From a virus (lineage: Duplodnaviria > Caudoviricetes), in the IMG/VR virus record IMGVR_UViG_3300020431_000005, positions 32,001-96,000 of that record: a stretch of 64,000 nt of DNA. One strand, 5' to 3'. The notes under the pieces are model-generated. The model saw nothing but the letters and a program-made list of their open reading frames with translations. It was not told where the DNA came from and ran no database searches. Position numbers and translations under genes: made by a program. The number at the start of each line of letters is the position of its first letter. The stretch's first letter is position 1. Shown one piece after another: positions 28,610-37,914 of this stretch.

Positions 28610-28822
28610 ATGGAACAACATAACCCTGAACCTGGCGTGGTAAATATCGTTGATAAGATCAGCGACAACGACAGGGCATCTGCTATTGATGCTATTCATG
28701 ATCTACTTTTTGCTAAAGCATCTGATGCTATGGCAACATATAAGCAGGTTGCCGCGAATACATTCTTTGATGAACCTACCGAAACGGAAGAACCCGATGA
28801 AACTGATAACGGAAACGATTGA
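28610..28822 (+). CDS. Small prohead core protein (position of T4 gp67/gp68)
   Basis: MEQHNPEPGVVNIVDKI...; acidic; lies between g20 and g21; start re-assigned to ATG 28610. Confidence 0.65.
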   Translation: MEQHNPEPGVVNIVDKISDNDRASAIDAIHDLLFAKASDAMATYKQVAANTFFDEPTETEEPDETDNGND

Positions 28823-29441
28823 GAACGTCAAAATCCTCACTGAGGAAAGAGACGGAAAGAAACTTCTTTATATTGAAGGAGTATTTTTACAGTCAGAACT
28901 AAAGAACCGTAATGGTCGCATGTATCCTTTCGATGTTCTCAACAATGAAGTTGAGAGATACAACGAAGAGTATGTAAAATCAAAACGTGCTTTAGGTGAA
29001 CTCGGTCATCCTGATGGTCCTACTATCAATCTTGATAGAGTATCACACAGAATCACAAGTCTTCGCGCTGAAGGAAATAACTTCATTGGTAAGGCACAAA
29101 TTCTAGATACACCTATGGGACAGATCGCTAAGTCTTTACTTGGCGAAGGAGTTCAGTTGGGTGTTTCATCTCGTGGTATGGGAAGCATTGAAAAGCGTGA
29201 AGATACTTCAGTAGTTCGCGATGACTTCATGCTTACAACTGCTGCTGATATCGTAGCAGATCCTTCCGCTCCCGATGCATTTGTTAATGGCATTATGGAA
29301 GGCAAAGAATGGGTATGGGACAACGGTATTCTTAAGGAATCAAAAGTTGATAAATACCAACGTTATATCAATGGCGCTCCGCGTCGTGAGTTAGAAGAGA
29401 GAACACTCAAGGTGTTTGAGGATTTCCTCGGAAAGCTTTGA
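28797..29441 (+). CDS. g21: Prohead protease gp21
   Basis: MKLITE; NRNGRMYP; ALGELGHP; GVSSRGMGS; DIVADPSAPDA. Confidence 0.96.
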   Translation: MKLITETIENVKILTEERDGKKLLYIEGVFLQSELKNRNGRMYPFDVLNNEVERYNEEYVKSKRALGELGHPDGPTINLDRVSHRITSLRAEGNNFIGKAQILDTPMGQIAKSLLGEGVQLGVSSRGMGSIEKREDTSVVRDDFMLTTAADIVADPSAPDAFVNGIMEGKEWVWDNGILKESKVDKYQRYINGAPRRELEERTLKVFEDFLGKL

Positions 29442-29443
29442 TT

Positions 29444-29451
29444 TATAAATA
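29444..29451 (+). promoter_or_regulatory. T4 late promoter TATAAATA for g22-g23
   Basis: Exact consensus; GAGGT RBS downstream. Confidence 0.8.
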
Positions 29452-29494
29452 AACTTAGATTAATTATTTACGGAAAATTACGAGGTAATCTCAA

Positions 29495-30637
29495 ATGTCA
29501 GATATGTTAAATGAAAAATTTGAGGAGTTCGTTACCGAGCAAAAGGTGATTGTAGAAGCTGGCGATCCTATGCCAACAGTTTCTGCTAACATTATCCCCG
29601 GTGCTGGTAGCGAACCCTCTCAGGTTTCTGACGCGCAGACTGGTTCTGGCGGCAAGGATCCTATGCCTTCAGTTCAACCAGGTGTTGCTCCTGGACAATC
29701 TGCTGCTGCAGATTTAGGTGGAACTTCCACCGCTCCTAATGAGGATGATGACGACGGCGAAGAGAATCCTGGCGCTAAAGCGGCAGCACCTATTTCGCAA
29801 GTATCTGGCGATCCCCAACAACGTGCCGGTAGTCCCGACGCTATGCCTACCGTTGGTGCTGATGTTGCATACGCGACTAGTACTGGACCTGCTGTTACTT
29901 ACCCCATCAAACCTTCTTTTGAAGAACTTGATGTTTCCGCTGATGTTGCCGCTCTAGTAGAAGGCACAGAACTCTCTGAAGAGTTCGCTGAGAAAGCAAA
30001 AGTCATTTTTGAGGCTGCTGTCAAAGCGAAAATCTCTGAGGAGTATGACAAACTTGTAGAGCACTTTGCTGCTGAACTCGATAAGCACGTATCATCTGCT
30101 AAGGCAGAACTTTCCGAGGAAGTAGACGGCACAGTGTCCTATGCCATCGGTCAATGGATGGAGCAAAACCAAGTTGCTATTGACCGTGGAATCAGAAATG
30201 AGATCACTACAGACTTCATCGCAGGTTTGAAGGGTCTCTTTGAAGAGCACTACATTTCTATTCCCGACGAGAAAGTCGATGTTGTAGAAGGTATGGCTGA
30301 ATCTATTCGTGAAATGGAAACCCGCCTTGACGAACAGGTCAAAGCAAACGTGAAATTACAAAATCGTCTTAACGAGTCTGCCAAACTCAATGTTCTGTCC
30401 ACCGTGTCAGAAGGACTAGCAGATACTCAGAAAGAAAAACTCGCAGCACTTGCTGAGGGTCTAGAGTTTGTCTCGGAAGAGTCATTCTCCAAGAAGGTTA
30501 CGACCATCAAGGAGTCTTACTTCAAAGAGTCAATCGCTACCCCAACGGAAGTTGTTGATGAATCCCCAGTTGAAGGTGTAGATGATTCTAACCCAGTAAT
30601 GGCGCAGTATCTGAAAGCACTTGACCGCTGGTCCTAA
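29495..30637 (+). CDS. g22: Prohead core scaffold protein gp22
   Basis: ELSEEFAEKAKVIFEAAV; LKGLFEEHYI; TIKESYF; MAQYLKAL. Confidence 0.93.
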   Translation: MSDMLNEKFEEFVTEQKVIVEAGDPMPTVSANIIPGAGSEPSQVSDAQTGSGGKDPMPSVQPGVAPGQSAAADLGGTSTAPNEDDDDGEENPGAKAAAPISQVSGDPQQRAGSPDAMPTVGADVAYATSTGPAVTYPIKPSFEELDVSADVAALVEGTELSEEFAEKAKVIFEAAVKAKISEEYDKLVEHFAAELDKHVSSAKAELSEEVDGTVSYAIGQWMEQNQVAIDRGIRNEITTDFIAGLKGLFEEHYISIPDEKVDVVEGMAESIREMETRLDEQVKANVKLQNRLNESAKLNVLSTVSEGLADTQKEKLAALAEGLEFVSEESFSKKVTTIKESYFKESIATPTEVVDESPVEGVDDSNPVMAQYLKALDRWS

Positions 30638-30673
30638 TAATAAACCCCACATTTTTCAAACAAGAGCAAACAA

Positions 30674-32089
30674 ATGTTTAATTCAAAGGCTCTAACCGAA
30701 AAGTGGTCTCCTGTTCTAAGTCATGAAGGCGCTGGTGCCATCAAAGACAATTATAGAAAGGCTGTTACCGCTGTTCTGTTAGAAAACACAGAAAATCAAC
30801 TACGCGAAGAGCGTGGTATGATGAACGAAGCTAGTACTGTTGGAGCTATCAGCGCAGCTGGTGGACAAGCACTAGGCGGTTCTGGTCTAACCACCAAGAC
30901 TGGTGGACTTGCAGGTTTCGATCCTGTAATGATCAACCTTATCCGTCGTGCGGCACCTAACTTGGTTGCATACGACATCTGTGGCGTTCAACCCATGAGC
31001 GGTCCTACTGGACTTATCTTCGCAATGAAGAGCCACTACAACACCAGAGCTGGCGCTGAGGCACTCTACAACGAGCCTGACACCAACTTCTCTGGAAACA
31101 CTCAGGGTCCTGGCGCATACAACGATCCCGTATCTCCTCTTGGCGATGGCGGTTCGACTGATGCTAACCCTGGTCTGCTTAACGACGCCACTGGCGGCGG
31201 CACCACTGCTGCTAACTACGAGCGCCAAGCAGGCAACATTGCTAGAGAAACAGCAGAAGTTCTTGGATCGGGTTCGACCTTGTTCAACGAAATGGACTTC
31301 AGCATCGAGAAGACTGCGGTCACTGCTAAGACCAGAGCTCTTCGCGCTGAGTACACTCTAGAATTGGCACAAGACCTTAAGGCAATCCACGGTCTTGATG
31401 CAGAGCAGGAACTCGCTAACCTATTGTCTAGCGAAATCCTTGCTGAGATCAACCGTGAGGTTGTTCGTACCGTTTACACCGTTGCTAAGCCTGGTGCTCA
31501 GAACAACGTTGCTAACGCTGGTGTATTTGACCTCGACGTTGACAGCAACGGTCGTTGGTCGGTTGAGAAGTTCAAAGGACTTATGTTCCAAATCGAGCGC
31601 GATGCCAACGCTATCGCACAAGAGACTCGTAGAGGAAAGGGCAACTTCATCGTCACTTCTGCTGACGTTGCTTCTGCTCTTGCCATGTCTGGCACACTCG
31701 ACTATTCCTCAGGTCTAACTGGTTCTGGTGGTCCTTCCATCGGTGATGTTGATGACACCGGAAACCTTCTAGTCGGCACCATGAACGGTCGCATTAAGGT
31801 CTATGTTGATCCTTACTCTGCTAACGTTTCTAACACCCACTACTACGTAGTTGGTTATAAGGGTTCTTCCCCTTATGACGCAGGACTATTCTACTGCCCC
31901 TACGTTCCCCTCCAGATGCTACGCAGCATCGATCCTCAGACCTTCCAACCTAAGATTGGTTTCAAGACCCGCTACGGCATGGTCAGCAATCCTTTCGTTG
32001 AGTCTTCTGCAGGAACTCCTGATGCTGAAGCACTTACCGCTTCTAAGAACCAGTACTACAGACGTGTTCGCGTTGCGAACCTCGCCTGA
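30674..32089 (+). CDS. g23: Major capsid protein gp23
   Basis: KWSPVL; CGVQPMSGPTGLIFAM; ELAQDLKAIHGLDAE; FQPKIGFKTRYG. Confidence 0.99.
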   Translation: MFNSKALTEKWSPVLSHEGAGAIKDNYRKAVTAVLLENTENQLREERGMMNEASTVGAISAAGGQALGGSGLTTKTGGLAGFDPVMINLIRRAAPNLVAYDICGVQPMSGPTGLIFAMKSHYNTRAGAEALYNEPDTNFSGNTQGPGAYNDPVSPLGDGGSTDANPGLLNDATGGGTTAANYERQAGNIARETAEVLGSGSTLFNEMDFSIEKTAVTAKTRALRAEYTLELAQDLKAIHGLDAEQELANLLSSEILAEINREVVRTVYTVAKPGAQNNVANAGVFDLDVDSNGRWSVEKFKGLMFQIERDANAIAQETRRGKGNFIVTSADVASALAMSGTLDYSSGLTGSGGPSIGDVDDTGNLLVGTMNGRIKVYVDPYSANVSNTHYYVVGYKGSSPYDAGLFYCPYVPLQMLRSIDPQTFQPKIGFKTRYGMVSNPFVESSAGTPDAEALTASKNQYYRRVRVANLA

Positions 32090-32113
32090 TATCGGTTATT
32101 ACGAAATCAACAC

Positions 32114-32139
32114 AGGGACGCTGCGGCGTCCCTTTTTTT
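32114..32139 (+). terminator. Rho-independent terminator after g23
   Basis: AGGGACGC-TGCG-GCGTCCCT followed by a T run. Confidence 0.9.
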
Positions 32140-32172
32140 GTGCTTAAATAGAAGTAGTAATTCTTTATCGTT

Positions 32173-32340
32173 ATGCCCCGTGGTCGCTTACAGAAAACAG
32201 ATATGCTTGCCAAAGTATATAAATTGAAAACTGAATTGTATGATAAAGAAACAAATCCTGGTATGACAGGTCAGTGGTATGACGGAGCTCATGATTCACT
32301 AGATAAGATATTAGATATAATTAATGAATACGCACAATGA
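32173..32340 (+). CDS. Small hypothetical protein (55 aa, not in ORF track)
   Basis: MPRGRLQKTDMLAKVYKLKTELY...WYDGAHDSLDKILDIINEY; late-like TTAAATA upstream. Confidence 0.7.
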   Translation: MPRGRLQKTDMLAKVYKLKTELYDKETNPGMTGQWYDGAHDSLDKILDIINEYAQ

Positions 32341-32411
32341 ATAATACAATAGAAGACGTAACTGATTCACAAAAAGACTGGGAAGATTTTTGGTACAATG
32401 AAGATAAATGA
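32337..32411 (+). CDS. 24-aa acidic micropeptide
   Basis: MNNTIEDVTDSQKDWEDFWYNEDK; ATGA overlaps on both sides. Confidence 0.45.
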   Translation: MNNTIEDVTDSQKDWEDFWYNEDK

Positions 32412-32884
32412 TTGAAATTAGTAATTTTATATCAAACGAATATTGTGATAAATTAATAAAAATACATCAACAACATTGCAACACTAAAGTAGAACCATTT
32501 AAACAAAGACCATACTACGTCAATGGAAAGTTTCCAGATATAGAAAATAAAGTAAAGAAAATTTGTAAAAACCTTTCCCCACTATCACTGTTAGATACAA
32601 CTGCTATTGTACATTGGTCTGTTGGATCATATATGAAACCACATTATGATCACCCAAAAGATTTGTTTGCATGTGTCATATACTTAAACGATGATTACAA
32701 AGGAGGACAAACATGTTTTGATGGAGTAGAGATCCAACCAGAAAAAGGAAAGTTGTTTTTATTTTCTTCTTGTGGTGTAAAACATTGGGTTAATATGATA
32801 TCTGAATCTGATAGATATACTATTGGATTGTGGATTGCCAAAACAGATCCATACACATATGTTCCTGGAATAAATACTAAGTAG
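32408..32884 (+). CDS. 2OG-Fe(II) oxygenase (prolyl-hydroxylase-like)
   Basis: HYD...YLNDDYKGG.T.F...H.V....RYT. Confidence 0.88.
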   Translation: MIEISNFISNEYCDKLIKIHQQHCNTKVEPFKQRPYYVNGKFPDIENKVKKICKNLSPLSLLDTTAIVHWSVGSYMKPHYDHPKDLFACVIYLNDDYKGGQTCFDGVEIQPEKGKLFLFSSCGVKHWVNMISESDRYTIGLWIAKTDPYTYVPGINTK

Positions 32885-32898
32885 CTTGGGAAGTTGAT

Positions 32899-33420
32899 AT
32901 GTCTGCTGATTGGTATAAGGAACAACCTACTAACAGGAATTTCCTGAACCCTATTGGTTATCTCCTCAAATTAGAAAAATTTGAAGGAGTAGATTTCTTT
33001 TGTCAAAGAGCAAATGTCCCCGACATTACAATGCCAACTACGGAAGTTGTAAGTCCTTTTAGAAACTTGCCTATCCTTCCTGGTGGTGGAGTAACGTTTG
33101 GGGATCTTTCTGTATCTTTTATTGTAGATGAAGATTTAAAAAATTATAATAGTATTCATAAGTGGATTCGTGATAATGGCAATGCAGATCAGATGCAACG
33201 CACTACACCAAAAAATGACATCTTGACAAATGGTTTACTGCATATTGTTACTTCACAATACAATCCAGCATTTGTTGTAGAGTTTAAGGATATATTTCCT
33301 GTATCACTATCAGGATTAAATTTTGATGCTACAATAACAGATGTAGAATACATTACTGCTGAAATTACATTCAAGCATCAACAGTTCTTCATTCGTGATA
33401 AAAACTTACAACCTCTATGA
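32899..33420 (+). CDS. g3: Tail tube terminator gp3
   Basis: NFLNPIGY; FFCQRANVP; FIVDEDLKNY; FPVSLSGLNFD. Confidence 0.88.
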   Translation: MSADWYKEQPTNRNFLNPIGYLLKLEKFEGVDFFCQRANVPDITMPTTEVVSPFRNLPILPGGGVTFGDLSVSFIVDEDLKNYNSIHKWIRDNGNADQMQRTTPKNDILTNGLLHIVTSQYNPAFVVEFKDIFPVSLSGLNFDATITDVEYITAEITFKHQQFFIRDKNLQPL

Positions 33421-33890
33421 ATTTTGAAACCCTTCGTAATAAATTTGACAAACTGAGAGAAGACTGGACAGAAGATTCTGCAGTTGACTTTCAATTTAAG
33501 AACAAACAGTATACCACGGATCTGGGGCAACTTGCATTATCGATCCCTTTCCAACACAATAAATACTTAAACCATTACACTGACATTCAGCAGATCAAGA
33601 CTTCGCTGGAATTTGAGACCCGCAAACTGGTAAAGAATAAACGTGAGTATTACTCTGGCGAAGCAGACGCTAAGACATACGCCGCCAAACCATTCGGATC
33701 AAGCATTAAGACTTCGGAAAAAATGAGAACTTACCTTGAGGCAGATGAGGAGATCATCAACCTTGAGGCGAAGATCAAATATCTAGACCAGATGCTTTAC
33801 TGGTTGGATCAAGTCATGCGTCAAATTTCTAATAGAGGTTTCCAGGTCAAGAGTGCCATTGAGTGGGAGAAATTCGTTAATGGACAATGA
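33417..33890 (+). CDS. uvsY: Recombination mediator UvsY
   Basis: HNKYL; EYYSGEA; ISNRGFQVKSAIEW; adjacent to uvsW. Confidence 0.88.
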   Translation: MNFETLRNKFDKLREDWTEDSAVDFQFKNKQYTTDLGQLALSIPFQHNKYLNHYTDIQQIKTSLEFETRKLVKNKREYYSGEADAKTYAAKPFGSSIKTSEKMRTYLEADEEIINLEAKIKYLDQMLYWLDQVMRQISNRGFQVKSAIEWEKFVNGQ

Positions 33891-35359
33891 TGACCACCCT
33901 CAGTATCAAAAAGAAAAACGAAGTATACGTTACTATTCAATCTGCTGAGCCACATGTACATCAGGAACTCTCAGATTACTTTTCGTTTGAAGTTCCCGAA
34001 GCAAAGTTCCTGAAGAAGAATCCCAGATACAAATACTGGGATGGAACTATTCGTCTGTACTCTCCTGGTACAGGCGACCTTTATGGTGGTCTGATGAAGC
34101 ACCTGCAGGTATGGGCAAACGAGCGACAATATAAAGTTGAGTATGAAACTAATGACTGGTATGGAGAAGTCAGAGAAACTAACGACTTTGTTTCATACGC
34201 AGGCATTGAAACATTTATGAATAAAATTACACGATCTGAAATTAAACCAAGGGTGTATCAGTATCGTGCAGTTTATGAAGCAATTAAAAATAATAGAAAA
34301 CTTTTACTTTCTCCTACGGGCAGCGGAAAGAGTTTGATGATCTATTCCCTCGTCAGATACTATACTGCTACCAACAAGAAAACGCTCATCATCGTTCCTA
34401 CTACGTCCTTGGTGGAACAAATGGTCAATGACTTTAATGACTACGGATGGAACGCTGACGATCATGTGCATAAGATTTATTCGGGCAAGGATAAGAATAC
34501 GGATAAACCAATTGTTATTTCAACTTGGCAATCAATCTACAAGTTTCCGAAAAGATACTTTGATGATATTGATTGTGTTATCGGAGATGAGGCACACCTA
34601 TTTAAGTCGAAGTCCCTCACGGGAATTATGACTAAACTCCACAACGCTAAGTATAGGTTTGGTTTTACTGGAACCCTGGACGGCACCAAGACTCACAAGT
34701 GGGTATTGGAAGGATTGTTTGGCGACTGTGAACAAGTTACTAAAACAGACAGTTTAATTAAGGAAGGTTATCTTTCTAAATTTAGGATCAAAATCTTACT
34801 TTGTAAACATGCTCCGCAACACTTTGAATCATATCATGAGGAGATTGATTACCTAGTAGAGCATCGTGGTAGAAATAATTTGATTAAAAATTTAGTAAAA
34901 GATATTGAAGGAAACACTCTTGTGTTATTTAACTATATCGAGAAGCACGGTGAACCACTTTTAGAATTGATAAATAGCACCATAGACCCCGAGCGAAAAG
35001 TATTTTTTGTTCACGGTGGTACTGATGTAGAAGATAGAGAAGAAGTCCGACAACTTACTGAAACTGAGAACAATGCAGTAATCATTGCTTCTTATGGCAC
35101 ATTCTCTACAGGGATTAACATCAAACGATTACACAATATTATTTTTGCTTCCCCAAGTAAGTCGCGCATTCGCAACCTCCAGTCCATCGGACGTGTCCTC
35201 AGGAAAGGCGAAGGAAAAGATATAGCAACCTTATACGATATCGCTGATGACATTGGCGGTCAGAATTATACCCTTAGACATTTGAATGAAAGAGTTAACA
35301 TTTACAATGAAGAGAATTTTAAGTATGAGGTTATAAAAGTAAACCTTAGAGCAAGTTAA
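33887..35359 (+). CDS. uvsW: SF2 helicase UvsW
   Basis: WDGTIRL; SPTGSGKS; DEAH; TGT; QSIGRVLR. Confidence 0.96.
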   Translation: MMTTLSIKKKNEVYVTIQSAEPHVHQELSDYFSFEVPEAKFLKKNPRYKYWDGTIRLYSPGTGDLYGGLMKHLQVWANERQYKVEYETNDWYGEVRETNDFVSYAGIETFMNKITRSEIKPRVYQYRAVYEAIKNNRKLLLSPTGSGKSLMIYSLVRYYTATNKKTLIIVPTTSLVEQMVNDFNDYGWNADDHVHKIYSGKDKNTDKPIVISTWQSIYKFPKRYFDDIDCVIGDEAHLFKSKSLTGIMTKLHNAKYRFGFTGTLDGTKTHKWVLEGLFGDCEQVTKTDSLIKEGYLSKFRIKILLCKHAPQHFESYHEEIDYLVEHRGRNNLIKNLVKDIEGNTLVLFNYIEKHGEPLLELINSTIDPERKVFFVHGGTDVEDREEVRQLTETENNAVIIASYGTFSTGINIKRLHNIIFASPSKSRIRNLQSIGRVLRKGEGKDIATLYDIADDIGGQNYTLRHLNERVNIYNEENFKYEVIKVNLRAS

Positions 35360-35361
35360 AT

Positions 35362-35760
35362 ATGGAAGAAGAATTCTATGCAACTATTAAATTAGTATCC
35401 GGTGAAGAGTTAGTATCAAAAGTATGTTATCTTACTGAAGAAGATAAGATAATGTTAGAGAGACCTCTTATGGTTGAAAATTCTAAACTAAAAAAAGGTC
35501 AATTAGAAGTAACAGGTTTTGCTTTGAAAGAATGGATCTCTGCTACATTTGATAATATGTTTATTATTAAAAGAGATCATGTTATTACCATAACTCAAAT
35601 TGAAGGAGAAATTGTTGACTTCTATGAAAAAACTCTCAACCGATTAGAAACTGGAAAGTCTCTAGCGGGTAGAGGAAATAAGATACCTAGAGGATCTGGA
35701 TACCTAGGTTCAGTAAAGGAAATGAAAAAATCTTTAGAAGATCTATTTAATAAAAGCTAA
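35362..35760 (+). CDS. Sm-like fold hypothetical protein
   Basis: IKLVSGEELVSKV...LERP...LKEWI...FIIKRDHVIT; similar to the 48617/48939/49300 ORFs. Confidence 0.65.
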   Translation: MEEEFYATIKLVSGEELVSKVCYLTEEDKIMLERPLMVENSKLKKGQLEVTGFALKEWISATFDNMFIIKRDHVITITQIEGEIVDFYEKTLNRLETGKSLAGRGNKIPRGSGYLGSVKEMKKSLEDLFNKS

Positions 35761-35792
35761 GAGCTACAACCCTTCTGAACTCTGACATAGTT

Positions 35793-35821
35793 ATTCTACT
35801 GAGTTTATGGGGATCTGTCAA
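35793..35821 (-). promoter_or_regulatory. Sigma70-type promoter on the minus strand (TTGACA-17-TAGAAT)
   Basis: Reverse complement of TGTCAA (35816-35821) and ATTCTA (35793-35798), 17-bp spacer. Confidence 0.65.
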
Positions 35822-35824
35822 GCT

Positions 35825-35853
35825 TTGACAATAATCGAATAGAGTGGTATACT
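35825..35853 (+). promoter_or_regulatory. Sigma70-type promoter for g55 (TTGACA-17-TATACT)
   Basis: TTGACA 35825-35830, 17-bp spacer, TATACT 35848-35853. Confidence 0.85.
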
Positions 35854-35880
35854 TAATATTATGATAATGTAAGGCAAACC

Positions 35881-36390
35881 GTGGCATACACAGTAATGGC
35901 AAAAAGAAAGCAAACCGAATATTACGTTAATAACAAAGAGTTTCTCGCTGCTATCACTGAGTATCGAGACAAAGTTATTAAAGCAAAAGAACAAGAAAAA
36001 CCTCGACCGCGTGTTACTAATTACATTGGTGAGTGTTTCCTTAAGATCGCTACACATCTATCATATAAACCAAACTTTGTCAACTACATGTTCCGTGAGG
36101 ACATGATCTGTGATGGTATTGAGAACTGCCTACAGTATATTGACAACTTCAATCCAGAAAAATCTCAGAACCCGTTTGCCTACTTCACTCAAATTATCTA
36201 CTACGCTTTCTTGCGTCGTATTCAGAAAGAGAAAAAGCAACTAGAGATCAAGGGCAAGATCCTAGAACGTTCTGGATATGATGAGGTTATGCATACTGAT
36301 ACTTACGATGGTACAATGTCTGGTATGAACGCTTCGTATTCTGACATGGGTAGTATCAAAGAAAACATTGAGACAAGAATGAACCGATGA
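35881..36390 (+). CDS. g55: Late-transcription sigma factor gp55
   Basis: YVNNKEFL; IGECFLKIA; DMICDGIENC; NPFAYFTQI. Confidence 0.95.
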   Translation: MAYTVMAKRKQTEYYVNNKEFLAAITEYRDKVIKAKEQEKPRPRVTNYIGECFLKIATHLSYKPNFVNYMFREDMICDGIENCLQYIDNFNPEKSQNPFAYFTQIIYYAFLRRIQKEKKQLEIKGKILERSGYDEVMHTDTYDGTMSGMNASYSDMGSIKENIETRMNR

Positions 36391-36611
36391 ATTATGAATG
36401 GTATGAAACACCCTATGGAAAATTCCGCATTGAGAAGAGACGGTTTGGAACGTGGTCTAGCTTTGGTGAGGATGGCGAGAGCATCGTCACAGGCGGTACG
36501 AGGGAATCTGTCATGGTCGGAACGCCATTCCACTTGGAAGGTGTCGCTACTAACTGGGCAAACTGTAAATACTCAGCACGATACGATGGGACAGTGAGCG
36601 GTAAGTTATGA
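36387..36611 (+). CDS. Hypothetical protein
   Basis: 74 aa; ATGA overlaps with both neighbours. Confidence 0.65.
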   Translation: MNYEWYETPYGKFRIEKRRFGTWSSFGEDGESIVTGGTRESVMVGTPFHLEGVATNWANCKYSARYDGTVSGKL

Positions 36612-37648
36612 AGATTGCTTTAATTACTGATCAACATTTAGATGGACGTAAAGGTTCTTTAGCGTTCTGGAACTACTGGCAACAATTCTATGATAATATC
36701 TTTTTCCCAACTCTTGAAAAAGAAGGTATCGATACCGTCATTGATCTTGGCGACACATTTGATAATCGAAAGTCTGTGGACTTTAATACTTATCACCGTG
36801 TGCGTGAAAATTATTTTGAAAAACTAGCAAAGTATAAAGTTCATATGTTGCTCGGCAATCATTGTACTTACTACAAAAATACTAATCGTATTAACTCACC
36901 AGAACTTCTATTAGAGAAGTATGACAACATCACAATCTATTCTGAACCCAAGCATCTAAAACTTGGAAACAAAAAATTTCTGATGCTTCCATGGATCAAC
37001 AAAGAAAACCTAGAAGAAATAACAAATTTTCTTAACACTAGTGAAGCAGATATCTGTTGCGGTCATTTAGAACTTTCTGGGTTTGAGATTACTCCGGGCA
37101 TGAAGATGGATCATGGTATGGATGCTGGTTTATTTCATCGCTTCAAACGTGTGTGGTCTGGACACTATCACCATAAATCTAAAAAGGGTAATGTTCAGTA
37201 CCTAGGCAACCCTTATCAGATGTATTGGAATGATTATAAAGACGCTCGCGGTTTCCATATCTACGATACTGAAAGTGATAAACTTAAGTTTGTCCGAAAT
37301 CCCTACGAAATCTTCGACAAGATCTTCTATGACGATTCCAGTATGGACTACAACAAACAAGATGTGTCTAGTTATAAAGACAAGTTCATCAAGATCGTTG
37401 TTAACGAAAAACGAGACTACCAAATGTTTGAAACATTGGTTGATCGTCTTTACAACGTAGGAGTCCATGATGTAAAAATTGTAGAGACCTTAGTTGATAT
37501 TGAAGACCAGGTAGACCTTGAAGTTTCTACTAAAGATACACTCACTCTTCTTAATGAGTATATTGATGAAGTAGAAATGACCGTAGATAAATCTGATCTC
37601 AAGAGTTTAATGAGATCTCTATATATTGAGAGTTGTAATGTTGTCTGA
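36608..37648 (+). CDS. g47: Recombination endonuclease gp47 (Mre11/SbcD-like)
   Basis: ITDQH; LGDTFD; GNH; GH; SGHYH. Confidence 0.95.
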   Translation: MKIALITDQHLDGRKGSLAFWNYWQQFYDNIFFPTLEKEGIDTVIDLGDTFDNRKSVDFNTYHRVRENYFEKLAKYKVHMLLGNHCTYYKNTNRINSPELLLEKYDNITIYSEPKHLKLGNKKFLMLPWINKENLEEITNFLNTSEADICCGHLELSGFEITPGMKMDHGMDAGLFHRFKRVWSGHYHHKSKKGNVQYLGNPYQMYWNDYKDARGFHIYDTESDKLKFVRNPYEIFDKIFYDDSSMDYNKQDVSSYKDKFIKIVVNEKRDYQMFETLVDRLYNVGVHDVKIVETLVDIEDQVDLEVSTKDTLTLLNEYIDEVEMTVDKSDLKSLMRSLYIESCNVV

Positions 37649-37914
37649 TGTTTATCGTAACCTTAGAAGATCAACCTGATGGTGTGTACTCTGTCTTTGA
37701 TGATGACGAGGATAGAGTAATTCCTATATTTCAGGACGAAGAAGATGCGGATAGATATTTGATGATGCTACAGATTGATGAAGATTATCCACCCATGCAG
37801 ATCCTAGAGATTGACGACCATGCTATAATTACAGCATGTCAAGACAGGGGACATAAATTTTCTATCATAACCCCTGACGATTTTTTGATACCCCCTGATG
37901 ATTCTGAAGAATGA
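37648..37914 (+). CDS. Acidic hypothetical protein
   Basis: IFQDEEDADRY; lies between g47 and g46. Confidence 0.7.
   Translation: MFIVTLEDQPDGVYSVFDDDEDRVIPIFQDEEDADRYLMMLQIDEDYPPMQILEIDDHAIITACQDRGHKFSIITPDDFLIPPDDSEE

Noticed and set aside
28460-28796. Long N-terminal extensions of the 28460 and 28650 ORFs
   Set aside because: They overlap g20 or the small core gene; recognisable starts are ATG 28610 and MKLITE at 28797
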